DNA of 35,473 nt from an uncultured Candidatus Saccharibacteria bacterium (GTDB lineage: Bacteria; Patescibacteriota; Dojkabacteria; SC72): contig CAZJKB010000001.1 in the NCBI GenBank assembly GCA_964546485.1, forward strand, positions 5,140 to 40,612. Reading direction: 5' to 3'. The notes beneath the pieces were generated by a model. It saw nothing but the letters and a program-made list of their open reading frames with translations, was not told the DNA's origin and ran no database searches. Below are positions 25,126 through 33,912 of this stretch, piece after piece; positions within the stretch are counted from its first letter, which is position 1; each line of letters starts with the position of its first letter. A program made the position numbers and the translations under genes.

Positions 25126-26202
25126 TTATGAATTTAATTGTTCATATAGTTTCTTCTGTTCTTTAGATAGTTTCTTTGGTATTTCTACAATAATTTTTAC
25201 ATAATGATCACCTCTTTGACCTTCTTTTCCTAGTATTGGGGAACCACTATCTCTAAGTCTAAATACAGTACCTGATTGAGTTCCTGCAGGTATCTTCATT
25301 TTAATATTTCCATCTATTGTTATAACATCAATATCGCCTCCTAATACTGCATGTGGAACTGATATATTTTGAGTTGAATATATATCAAATTCTCTTCTTT
25401 CAAACCTATCGTCTGGTTCAACTTCAACCTCTATGTATAGAGATCCTGACTCTAAGCCATCTTTTGATTCATTCCCTTTACCTCTAAATCTAAGTATCAT
25501 TCCATCATATGCACCTGCAGGTACTTTAATAGTTATTTTTTCATCCTTTCTTTCCAACCCTGACCCACTACATGTATCACAAGGTGTATCTACTACATTA
25601 CCTGTACCATTACAGTTACTACACTCTGTAACAAATGCAACTTGTCCCATAAAACTTTGTTGAACTCTCTGTACTCTACCTTGCCCTCCACATACAGAAC
25701 ATTTTTTGGTTTTACCATCTTTACTACCAGTACCATTACATTTATGACACTTGATATCTCTATGAATATTAATGGAATATTCACCACCTTTCATAGATTC
25801 CATAAAATCCATCTTTATTCTATATCTTATATCACTACCAGCAGATGCCCTTTGTCTCTGTCTAGTCCCAAAACCAAAACCCTCAAATATATCATCAAAA
25901 CCAAAACCACCCATGTTCATACCAGAAAAATCAAACCCACTAAAATCATTAAAACCCCCAAATCCTCCTGCACCAAAACCATCTGTTGCTGCATGACCAT
26001 ACTGATCGTAAGCAGCTCTCTTTGAAGAATCAGATAATACATCATATGCATCTCTAATCTCTTTAAATTTTTCTTCTGCACCAGGATCTTTATTTACATC
26101 TGGGTGATACTCTTTGGCTAACTTTCTATATGCCTTCTTTATCTCTTTATCACTTGCACCCTTAGATATTCCTAGTACTTCATAATAGTCTCGTTTTTCC
26201 AT
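25126..26202 (-). CDS. dnaJ: Molecular chaperone DnaJ (type I: J domain, G/F region, four CxxCxGxG zinc-finger repeats)
   Basis: 358 aa. [33 protein letters not shown] (HPD motif), the G/F-rich [18 protein letters not shown], and the four repeats [24 protein letters not shown] and CDTCSGSG. Confidence 0.95.
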   Translation of the reverse strand: MEKRDYYEVLGISKGASDKEIKKAYRKLAKEYHPDVNKDPGAEEKFKEIRDAYDVLSDSSKRAAYDQYGHAATDGFGAGGFGGFNDFSGFDFSGMNMGGFGFDDIFEGFGFGTRQRQRASAGSDIRYRIKMDFMESMKGGEYSINIHRDIKCHKCNGTGSKDGKTKKCSVCGGQGRVQRVQQSFMGQVAFVTECSNCNGTGNVVDTPCDTCSGSGLERKDEKITIKVPAGAYDGMILRFRGKGNESKDGLESGSLYIEVEVEPDDRFERREFDIYSTQNISVPHAVLGGDIDVITIDGNIKMKIPAGTQSGTVFRLRDSGSPILGKEGQRGDHYVKIIVEIPKKLSKEQKKLYEQLNS

Positions 26203-26209
26203 AGTCTAG

Positions 26210-26218
26210 ATTTTAGCA
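26210..26218 (-). promoter_or_regulatory. Extended -10 element (TGcTAAAAT) 7 nt upstream of the dnaJ ATG
   Basis: The minus strand reads tgctaaaat (complement of 26210-26218), then ctagact, then ATG (26202). No SD is present. It overlaps the CIRCE-like inverted repeat at 26213-26239. Confidence 0.45.
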
Positions 26219-26239
26219 GACACTTCGATTAATTGCTAG
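26213..26239. promoter_or_regulatory. Weak CIRCE-like inverted repeat (possible HrcA operator) in front of dnaJ
   Basis: TTAGCAgac-acttcgatt-aatTGCTAg. The outer arms TTAGCA/TGCTAg are separated by exactly 15 nt, as in the CIRCE consensus TTAGCACTC-N9-GAGTGCTAA. By my count about 13 of 18 arm positions match the consensus. The inner 3 nt of each arm are not complementary. Confidence 0.3.
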
Positions 26240-26293
26240 ATATATTTTTATTAATTTGGAATATAACCCTGTTTATGATATATCTAATATATT

Positions 26294-27085
26294 ATGGAGA
26301 GTTCAAATTGGAATATTGAAAAACAAAAATTAAACAAAAAGAAAGCTGAAAAAATTAGAAATGTTTTTGCTGGAATATTTGCAATCATTGGTGTATTAAT
26401 ACTACTTTCTCAGGTATCCCCTGTTCTTTCTAGCTACATATCTGGAGTTATTTATGAATATAGAGCTGGAATACTTGCAAAACCTATACCAGATGCACAC
26501 AAAGAATATATATCAGGTGATTTTGCATATTACAATCCCGGGGAAAGCTACTTTCAAAACCTAGTTGGTACATTAACAGATATTACAAATACTGATCTTG
26601 AGACATCAAGTAGTGTTAGTTTAAAAATAGATCAGTCATATTCTAGAGAAATGAAGATATCAATAAAGGATATAGGAATTAACAATATAATAATAACACC
26701 AAATGTTGAGAGCTATGATGAAAATATATATAATAAAGAGTTGAAGAAGGGTGTTGCTCATTTTAAAGGAACTCCTATACCTGGAGATGGAGGAAATTCA
26801 TTTATATATGGACATAGTGCAGTACCATCATTTATGAATAGAAACAATAATATTCCTGAAGTTATATTCTCAAAATTAGAAAATATAGATATAGGCAATG
26901 AAGTTGTGATAAATAAAGAGGGTGAAAATCTTAAATATATAGTAAGAAATAAGAAGATAATTGATCCTACAGATTTTACAGTATTTAAACAGTCCGGAGG
27001 AAAAGAGACAGTAACACTTATGACATGCTGGCCACTTGGCATTCCAGCAAAAAGATTAATTGTAATAGCAGAAAAATATGAATAA
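26294..27085 (+). CDS. Sortase-family transpeptidase with N-terminal membrane anchor
   Basis: 263 aa. The TM is IRNVFAGIFAIIGVLILLSQV. The catalytic His context is GNSFIYGHSAV, the catalytic Cys motif is TLMTCWP, and a downstream Arg is present (PAKRLIVIAE). Confidence 0.85.
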   Translation: MESSNWNIEKQKLNKKKAEKIRNVFAGIFAIIGVLILLSQVSPVLSSYISGVIYEYRAGILAKPIPDAHKEYISGDFAYYNPGESYFQNLVGTLTDITNTDLETSSSVSLKIDQSYSREMKISIKDIGINNIIITPNVESYDENIYNKELKKGVAHFKGTPIPGDGGNSFIYGHSAVPSFMNRNNNIPEVIFSKLENIDIGNEVVINKEGENLKYIVRNKKIIDPTDFTVFKQSGGKETVTLMTCWPLGIPAKRLIVIAEKYE

Positions 27086-28388
27086 AAACTTAATATTTAT
27101 AATAGGTGGTGTATTAGTAGTGATAATAATTGGAATAGTTATATTTGCATTAACAGGAGGAAATAATAACAATGGGAATAATAATCAAAATCAAGTTGTA
27201 TTAACATACTGGGGATTATGGGAACCAGAATCCGTAATGCAATCACTAATACAGAAATACGAAGCACAAAACCCAGGAGTTAAAATTCAATATGTTCAGA
27301 AACCATTTACACAATATGATGCAAATCTATATACAAGAATTCAACTTAATGCAGTCGATAATACCCCTGCTCCAGATATAGTAAGATTAAATAATACATG
27401 GTTGTCAAAATATCAAACACTTTTATCTCCACTACCTAATGATAAGATGAGTCCTAATACTTATGCATCAACCTTTTATCCTACAGCCATAAAAGACTAT
27501 ACAGGAACAGATGGAAGAATATATGCAGTTCCATTAGAAATAGATGGCCTTACAATGTTTTATAATAAGAAGTTACTTACTGCAGCAGGCATAACAACTC
27601 CCCCAACAGACTGGGATACATTTATTGAAGTATCTAAGAAACTTACTAAAAAAGACTCAAAAGGAAAAATCACACAAGCAGGAGCTGCACTTGGTTCTTC
27701 AAAAAATATAATGCATAGTGCAGATATTTTAAATCTTCTTTTTTTACAAAATTCATTTGAAATAATTGATTCTAGTAATAAAGTAGTCAATCTTGAGAGT
27801 ACAAGAGCAGTATCTGCATTAGATTTCTATACTTCATTTACATCAACTCATAATACTTGGTCTACAGAATTAGGAAATGATTTAGAAGTATTCTATTCTG
27901 GGAAATTAGCAATTATGTTTGCACCTAGCTGGAGAGCATTCGATATTATTAATTCTGCACCAAATATAGAATTTGGTGTTGCTCCAGTACCACAGCTTCC
28001 TGGAAACACCCCTGTAAACTATGCAATGTATTGGGGAGAAGCTGTTCCTGCAACAAGTAAATATAAAGAACAAGCATGGGATTTCATATTATATTTATCA
28101 AGAGCTGAAAATATGAAGGAGATGTATTCAAACTCATCACAGATTAGAGCATTTGGAGAGCCATATAGTAGAGTAGATCTAAATTCTGAATTATTAAATC
28201 AACCATATGTTGGTGCAATAATGGAGATGGCCCCAACAATGACTGCATGGAAAATGGGAGAGCAAGGTTATGTAGAAGAAAATCTAAGAACAGCAATTAA
28301 TCAAGTCAACAACGGAGCAAAAGCTGACGAGGCATTAAGAGAGGCTCAAACCCGTATAAATACAAAGTTAAGCGAGGTTGTAAAATAA
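27078..28388 (+). CDS. Extracellular solute-binding protein (ABC family-1, sugar-type), membrane-anchored, with no cognate permease or ATPase in the window
   Basis: 436 aa. An N-terminal TM helix is followed by a poly-Asn linker (GGNNNNGNNNQNQ). LTYWGLWEPESVMQSLIQKYEAQNPGVKIQYV and later YAVPLEIDGLTMFYNKKLL are typical of SBP_bac_1 proteins. The start overlaps the sortase stop by 8 nt. Confidence 0.8.
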   Translation: MNKNLIFIIGGVLVVIIIGIVIFALTGGNNNNGNNNQNQVVLTYWGLWEPESVMQSLIQKYEAQNPGVKIQYVQKPFTQYDANLYTRIQLNAVDNTPAPDIVRLNNTWLSKYQTLLSPLPNDKMSPNTYASTFYPTAIKDYTGTDGRIYAVPLEIDGLTMFYNKKLLTAAGITTPPTDWDTFIEVSKKLTKKDSKGKITQAGAALGSSKNIMHSADILNLLFLQNSFEIIDSSNKVVNLESTRAVSALDFYTSFTSTHNTWSTELGNDLEVFYSGKLAIMFAPSWRAFDIINSAPNIEFGVAPVPQLPGNTPVNYAMYWGEAVPATSKYKEQAWDFILYLSRAENMKEMYSNSSQIRAFGEPYSRVDLNSELLNQPYVGAIMEMAPTMTAWKMGEQGYVEENLRTAINQVNNGAKADEALREAQTRINTKLSEVVK

Positions 28389-28428
28389 TCATTGCATTAT
28401 CATTCAATACTATTGTATATTAGTATTA

Positions 28429-30657
28429 ATGCATAAGAATATTTTTAAAAGAAAATCAAATAATTTTCCACTATTAGTACTATTATTTTTATTTATGTCC
28501 ATTCCAATAGGTGTTTTTGGACTATTAAATCTTGAGAATTTTGATACTAGAAATAGAGCAGCACAACTTAAAGAAGATTATAAATGTGTTATATCATTCC
28601 CTTATGTTAATCCTTCAACAATACCTGTTGATTCAACGGTGCAGGTACAGGTATTAGCAAATATTCCAAATGAGAGTGCAAAAAATTTATCTATTATTGA
28701 TAAAGATGGTAGTAGTGTATTTAAGAAGACATATACCGAGAGTGTATCTTCAATACAAGAGGTATTTACATTTACAAAGAATAGTACAGGCAGTTATTCA
28801 CTATTAGGTACACTTGAATCAGATGTTAAATCATATCCATGTATCATGGATAATAATAAAACAATTGCAGTTGTTGAAGGTAATTCAGCACCAATATTTA
28901 CTACTCTTCCAGCACAAAGTAAGCCATCGAATGCAATTAAAGTTAATGATTCATACGAATATACATTAAAGGTAGAAGATATTGATAACGATACAATAAA
29001 CTATTCATTCTCATTTACTCCTAATAGTACATGGTTAAAAAGAGCAATTGTTGACAATGGATCAAATGGAAAACTAACTCTTAAACTCACTGGGAAACCA
29101 GATAAGCCAGGAAGCTATCTCGCAAACATATTTGTACATGATGGATATCAAAACCATCTAAAAGCTCAATCATGGGTAATAAGTGTAAATCAAGATAAGA
29201 ATGATATACCAAAGATCACTATCACAAATCCGAAGAACCAAGTAGATATTAAGAGTGGAGAGAAGGTAACTATTAGTTGGAAAGTCGAAGATTTGAATGT
29301 TATAACAAAACAAGAGGTGTTTTTGACAAATGATATAAAGAATGAAGATAAATGGATAAAACTCGAGACACTAACAAATAAATATGGAAACTATATATTA
29401 GATACTTCTGCTCTAGAATCTGGAAAATACTATGTCATAATAACAGCTACTGACAACTACTCCCCTGCTGCAACAGGTAAAGGTATATCCCCAGTTATAA
29501 GTATTGAAAATAATGATAATAATGGACCAGATGATGGAGTAATAATTAGTGATCCACAAGTAATAAATATATCACCATCTAATGAGGCATCCATCAAAAA
29601 TTTAAGACCAAATATAACTGCAACACTAATTGCAGGTACAAAAGCAAGTATTAAAAGTGATAGCATAAAACTATATCTAGATGAAAAAGATATAACTGAA
29701 ACAATAAAGATTAATAAGATATCTGATTTTGAAACAACAATTATATATACACCAACTCAAGATTTAACACTTGGTTCACATAAAGTAAAAGTAGAGTTTA
29801 CAGATTCGAATGATGATAAAGCAGAAAAGGAATGGACCTTTACCGTTGTTCAAGAAGATACTAACTCAGACAAAATTAACATATTAGGATTTGAAATAGA
29901 TAGAAAGATTTTCTATATAATAATTGGTGGTATTGCCCTACTACTTCTAGCACTCATAATCCCATGGCTATTATACTTAGCTTGGAGAGGATCAAACAAA
30001 GATGATGATTATGATATTAACACTGTATATACACAAACTCCTCCTCCATATATTCCTATGTATGATGAGCCAAACAATACATACACAGAAGAAAAACCAT
30101 ATGTTGAGGAAAATAATACATATATACTACCAGAAACAAAAGAAGTAACTACAAATCAAGTAGATAATACTCAGAAGGACAAGACAGAAGAGTATTTTGA
30201 AAACAAAATACAACAATATCCATTCACAACAGATAGTACTAAAACAGAAGAAACTGTAGAATACAATCCGATATCAATACAAGAACAACCACAAGAAAGT
30301 ACAGTTGCAACAATAGAACCAATAGTAGAACAACAAGAATCTCCAAAGAATATAGATCAATATAATACTCAAAGTATAGCCCAACCAATAATTCAAGAGC
30401 AGCCTAAGGAGGTAATAATTCCAGAACCTGTACAAGTACCTACACCTACAAATACAACAATTGAAATTAATAACATAGTTAACAAGCAGGATGATAATGA
30501 ACTACCTGCAATAATAGATGCCTCAGAACCAGAAGATAAGCAATATCAAGAATTACTAGAAATTGCTCAAGATTTTGAAAAGAATCAGATTGAAAATAGT
30601 GATGAGAATACAAATAGTGATAATAATGCTCAGTTTAACACCCCAAAACCTGAGTAG
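28429..30657 (+). CDS. Type-I membrane surface protein with cadherin-like/Ig-like ectodomains and a long low-complexity cytoplasmic tail
   Basis: 742 aa with an N-terminal signal/anchor (PLLVLLFLFMSIPIGVFGLL). APIFTTLPAQSKPSNAIKVNDSYEYTLKVEDIDNDTINYSFSF...GKLTLKLTGKPDKPGSYLANIFVHDG resembles putative-Ig/dystroglycan-type cadherin-like domains. Further Ig-like repeats follow (…HKVKVEFTDSNDDKAEKEWTFTV). The TM is at aa 494-519 (nt 29908-29985). The Q/E/P/T/N-rich tail spans aa 520-742. Confidence 0.75.
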   Translation: MHKNIFKRKSNNFPLLVLLFLFMSIPIGVFGLLNLENFDTRNRAAQLKEDYKCVISFPYVNPSTIPVDSTVQVQVLANIPNESAKNLSIIDKDGSSVFKKTYTESVSSIQEVFTFTKNSTGSYSLLGTLESDVKSYPCIMDNNKTIAVVEGNSAPIFTTLPAQSKPSNAIKVNDSYEYTLKVEDIDNDTINYSFSFTPNSTWLKRAIVDNGSNGKLTLKLTGKPDKPGSYLANIFVHDGYQNHLKAQSWVISVNQDKNDIPKITITNPKNQVDIKSGEKVTISWKVEDLNVITKQEVFLTNDIKNEDKWIKLETLTNKYGNYILDTSALESGKYYVIITATDNYSPAATGKGISPVISIENNDNNGPDDGVIISDPQVINISPSNEASIKNLRPNITATLIAGTKASIKSDSIKLYLDEKDITETIKINKISDFETTIIYTPTQDLTLGSHKVKVEFTDSNDDKAEKEWTFTVVQEDTNSDKINILGFEIDRKIFYIIIGGIALLLLALIIPWLLYLAWRGSNKDDDYDINTVYTQTPPPYIPMYDEPNNTYTEEKPYVEENNTYILPETKEVTTNQVDNTQKDKTEEYFENKIQQYPFTTDSTKTEETVEYNPISIQEQPQESTVATIEPIVEQQESPKNIDQYNTQSIAQPIIQEQPKEVIIPEPVQVPTPTNTTIEINNIVNKQDDNELPAIIDASEPEDKQYQELLEIAQDFEKNQIENSDENTNSDNNAQFNTPKPE

Positions 30658-30673
30658 AAATATATAAATATTT

Positions 30674-30682
30674 TGATATAAT
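30674..30682 (+). promoter_or_regulatory. Consensus extended -10 promoter TGATATAAT 6 nt upstream of the alaS ATG
   Basis: tgatataat at 30674-30682, then atcttc, then ATG at 30689. No SD is present. The same 9-mer precedes nusA. Confidence 0.55.
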
Positions 30683-30688
30683 ATCTTC

Positions 30689-32479
30689 ATGAATAACACT
30701 AAGTATTTAGAGATAAGAGAAAAATATCTCAAGTTTTTTGAAAAGAATGGGCATAAAATAATCCCATCAGCATCATTAGTACCTGAAAATGATCCTAGTG
30801 TACTATTTGTAAACAGTGGAATGTTTCCCCTAGTACCATATCTATTAGGAGAAAAACACCCAGATGGAACAAGATTAACAAATTCTCAAAGATGTATAAG
30901 AACAGGTGATATAGATGATGTTGGAGATGCAACACACTGTACAGCATTTGAAATGCTTGGTCATTGGTCGCTAAATGACTATTTCAAGAAAGAAACTATT
31001 AATATGACTTTTGATTTCTTTGTAGATGAACTAGGTATAGATCCAAATAGATTATATTCCTCAGTATTTATAGGAGATGATGATGCTCCAAAGGATCAAG
31101 AATCTATAGAAATATGGAAGGAAGCATATGCAAAAAGAGGAATAGAGGCCAAAGTTGGAAAAGGAGAAAGAATTCAAGAATATGGAAAGGATAAAAACTG
31201 GTGGGGCTTACCTGGTGGTGGTCCTTGCGGTCCTGATACAGAAATATTCTATGATACTGGAAAAGAAAAATGTTCTAATGATTGTCATATTAACTGTGAT
31301 TGTGGAAAGTATGTTGAGATAGGTAATAATGTTTTAATGCAATATCTCAATAATGGTACAAATCTTGAACCACTAGGAAGACACAATGTTGATTTTGGTG
31401 GTGGACTTATCAGACTAGCAGCAGCTCTCCAAAATGTATCATCTATATATGAAACAGATATCTATACTCCAATATATTCAAAAGTAACTGAGCTATCAAA
31501 TATAGATAATGTCAAATCAAAGAGAATAATTGTTGATCATATAAATGCTGCAACATGGATGATAGCTGACGGAGTAGAACCTGGTAGAACTGAAAGAGAA
31601 TATATACTAAGAAGAGTCATTCGAAGAGCTATTAGACATGGAAAAAAGATAGGTCTTAAAAACTTCACAAGAATAATTGGTGAAATATGTATTAATCAAT
31701 TTAAAACTGTTCATCCACTACTTGAAACTAAACAAGAAGACATCCTTAAAACCCTAGAAACAGAAGAGAATAAATTTAATCAAACACTTGAAAACGGACT
31801 AAAGGAATTTGAAAAAAGGTATAGTGAGAGTAATAACGACTACTCTTTTGCATTCCAGATGTATGAGACATATGGATTCCCATTAGAATTATATCTTGAA
31901 GAACTTGATACAAGAGGAATTAAATATGAAAAAAAAGATGTAGAAGAACAATTTAATAAAGACTTCCAAGAACATCAAGAGAAATCTAGATCAGCATCTA
32001 AAGGATTATTTAAAGGAGGACTCGCAGACACATCAGAAGTATCAACAAAATATCATACCCTTACCCACCTACTATTAGCAGCACTCTATGAAGTTGTTGG
32101 ATCACATATCTATCAAAAAGGAAGTAATATAACTACAGAAAGATTAAGACTTGATTTTCCAAATGATAGTAAATTAACCGAAGAGCAGGTAAAAAGAATA
32201 GAAGATATTGTGAACAAACAAATAGAAGAAGGTCATCCAGTTATATTTGAAGAATTACCAAAAGAAGAGGCTATGAAGTTAGTAAAATATGCTGTATTTG
32301 ATGAAAAATATGGAGATGTAGTTAAGGTATACACAATAGGAGATAAATCCAACCCAATCTCTGTTGAATTATGTGGAGGACCGCATGTTAAGAATACATC
32401 TGAAATTGGAAGGTTCAAAATAGTGAAACAAGAAAATGTTTCAGCTGGGGTAAAAAGAATTAAGGCAGTTATACTATGA
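30689..32479 (+). CDS. alaS: Alanine--tRNA ligase, short form (catalytic and editing domains, no C-Ala domain)
   Basis: 596 aa. FEMLGHWSLNDYFK, GPCGPDTEIFYD, EIGNNVLMQY, VDFGGGLIRL and ILRRVIRRAIRHG are class-II AlaRS core motifs. The editing-domain zinc motifs HTLTHLL and CGGPHV are present. The protein ends about 25 aa after CGGPHV (…VKRIKAVIL). Confidence 0.9.
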   Translation: MNNTKYLEIREKYLKFFEKNGHKIIPSASLVPENDPSVLFVNSGMFPLVPYLLGEKHPDGTRLTNSQRCIRTGDIDDVGDATHCTAFEMLGHWSLNDYFKKETINMTFDFFVDELGIDPNRLYSSVFIGDDDAPKDQESIEIWKEAYAKRGIEAKVGKGERIQEYGKDKNWWGLPGGGPCGPDTEIFYDTGKEKCSNDCHINCDCGKYVEIGNNVLMQYLNNGTNLEPLGRHNVDFGGGLIRLAAALQNVSSIYETDIYTPIYSKVTELSNIDNVKSKRIIVDHINAATWMIADGVEPGRTEREYILRRVIRRAIRHGKKIGLKNFTRIIGEICINQFKTVHPLLETKQEDILKTLETEENKFNQTLENGLKEFEKRYSESNNDYSFAFQMYETYGFPLELYLEELDTRGIKYEKKDVEEQFNKDFQEHQEKSRSASKGLFKGGLADTSEVSTKYHTLTHLLLAALYEVVGSHIYQKGSNITTERLRLDFPNDSKLTEEQVKRIEDIVNKQIEEGHPVIFEELPKEEAMKLVKYAVFDEKYGDVVKVYTIGDKSNPISVELCGGPHVKNTSEIGRFKIVKQENVSAGVKRIKAVIL

Positions 32480-32907
32480 TTCCAAATCCCATAATGGCCA
32501 TTGATTATGGTAAAAAACATATTGGTATTGCAGTTTCTGATAAACTAGGTATTGTCTCCACCCCTATTACTGTTATACATATAACTCCCAAAATCACATG
32601 GGAAAATATAATGGATCAACTAAGAGAGATAATCAATAGCTATAATATACAATCTATCCTTTATGGTATACCTCAAAGATTTGAATCTAATAATAACGAA
32701 AATATAGATAGAATTAAAAGATTTATAGATACCATAAATAGTAATCTAGACCTTCCTTATTTAGTATACGATGAAAGCTACTCCACAAAGGATGCAGAGA
32801 ATGTTATAGTATCTAACGGCAGTACACTAAAAAGGAGAAAGAAAAAAATAGACAGTATTGCTGCTTCAATATTCTTACAAGAATATTTAGATAATATTAA
32901 GAAATAA
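32476..32907 (+). CDS. ruvX: Putative pre-16S rRNA nuclease / Holliday-junction-resolvase-like protein YqgF (RuvX)
   Basis: 143 aa. MAIDYGKKHIGIAVSD matches the YqgF N-terminal motif (DyG.kriGvAvsD). The ATG at 32476 overlaps the alaS stop (ATGA). An alternative start at 32494 is possible. The alaS-ruvX-mltG order is conserved in Firmicutes-like genomes. Confidence 0.85.
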   Translation: MIPNPIMAIDYGKKHIGIAVSDKLGIVSTPITVIHITPKITWENIMDQLREIINSYNIQSILYGIPQRFESNNNENIDRIKRFIDTINSNLDLPYLVYDESYSTKDAENVIVSNGSTLKRRKKKIDSIAASIFLQEYLDNIKK

Positions 32908-32913
32908 CAACAA

Positions 32914-33912
32914 ATGAAATACATTATTAGAATCATTCTTTTTATCCTCTTTATTACATTGCTATTCTTGGCTTATGTATATATGCAATATAACAATATT
33001 ACATCTAAACCATTCTCAACAGATTCAGAGAAAATTAGGTTTGAAATTAAAAAAGGAGTAACAGGAAATGAGATATTAAGCGAATTGAGTAATAAAGGAT
33101 TATATCCAGATAACTATATTGACTATCTTAAAGTGTATATAAAACTGAATAATGTACCCAATTTTAAAGAAGGAACATATTACATACCTAAGAATTTAAC
33201 CCCACCTGAGCTATTTGAATTACTTCAAAACCCACAGAATACTGATATTTGGATAACTATACCAGAGGGATTAAGACTAGATGAAATAGCTAATATATTA
33301 GAGAAAGAATATAGTACACAAAGTGAGAGTGTTTTTAAAAAGGAAAAGTTTATACAACTAACAACAGATAAAACATATATTGATTCACTAGAGTTACCAT
33401 ATAAAAATATTAAGACACTCGAGGGATTACTTTTTCCTGATAAATATCTTATGCCTGTACAAGCTACTGAAGATTATATAGTAAGAACTCTACTTAATAA
33501 TCATTTAAATAAAATAGGTGGTGACTTTAGTTATGAAGATCTTATTATAGCTAGTATGATAGAAAGAGAAGGATTTACAGATAGTGATAGACCAATGATA
33601 TCAGATATAATTAGAAGAAGACTAAAAGAAGGTTGGTTATTACAAATAGATGCCACCCTCCTTTACTATCACAAAGATTGGAAACATGTAATATATGCAA
33701 CTGATAAAGAGATTGATCATGCATATAATACATATAAAAAAGCTGGACTACCTCCTACACCTATTTGTAACCCAGGATTAAGTGCTATAAAAGCTTCTTC
33801 AAACCCAACTTCTAACAACTATTACTATTACATACATGACAATTCACGACAAATACATTATGCTAGAACATACCAAGAACATTTAAATAATATATCAACA
33901 TATTTAAGATAA
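32914..33912 (+). CDS. mltG: Endolytic murein transglycosylase MltG (YceG family)
   Basis: 332 aa with an N-terminal TM helix. Motifs LEGLLFPDKY, IIASMIEREG (catalytic Glu context), YNTYKKAGLPPTPICNPG and YYYYIHD. Confidence 0.9.
   Translation: MKYIIRIILFILFITLLFLAYVYMQYNNITSKPFSTDSEKIRFEIKKGVTGNEILSELSNKGLYPDNYIDYLKVYIKLNNVPNFKEGTYYIPKNLTPPELFELLQNPQNTDIWITIPEGLRLDEIANILEKEYSTQSESVFKKEKFIQLTTDKTYIDSLELPYKNIKTLEGLLFPDKYLMPVQATEDYIVRTLLNNHLNKIGGDFSYEDLIIASMIEREGFTDSDRPMISDIIRRRLKEGWLLQIDATLLYYHKDWKHVIYATDKEIDHAYNTYKKAGLPPTPICNPGLSAIKASSNPTSNNYYYYIHDNSRQIHYARTYQEHLNNISTYLR

Noticed and set aside
25433-26025. A cluster of overlapping ORFs inside dnaJ: 25433-25663 (+), 25642-26025 (+), 25772-25996 (+) and 25593-25787 (-).
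   Set aside because: The dnaJ frame carries complete J-domain, G/F and four zinc-finger motifs. The alternative frames give repetitive nonsense peptides caused by the Gly/Phe-rich repeat region.
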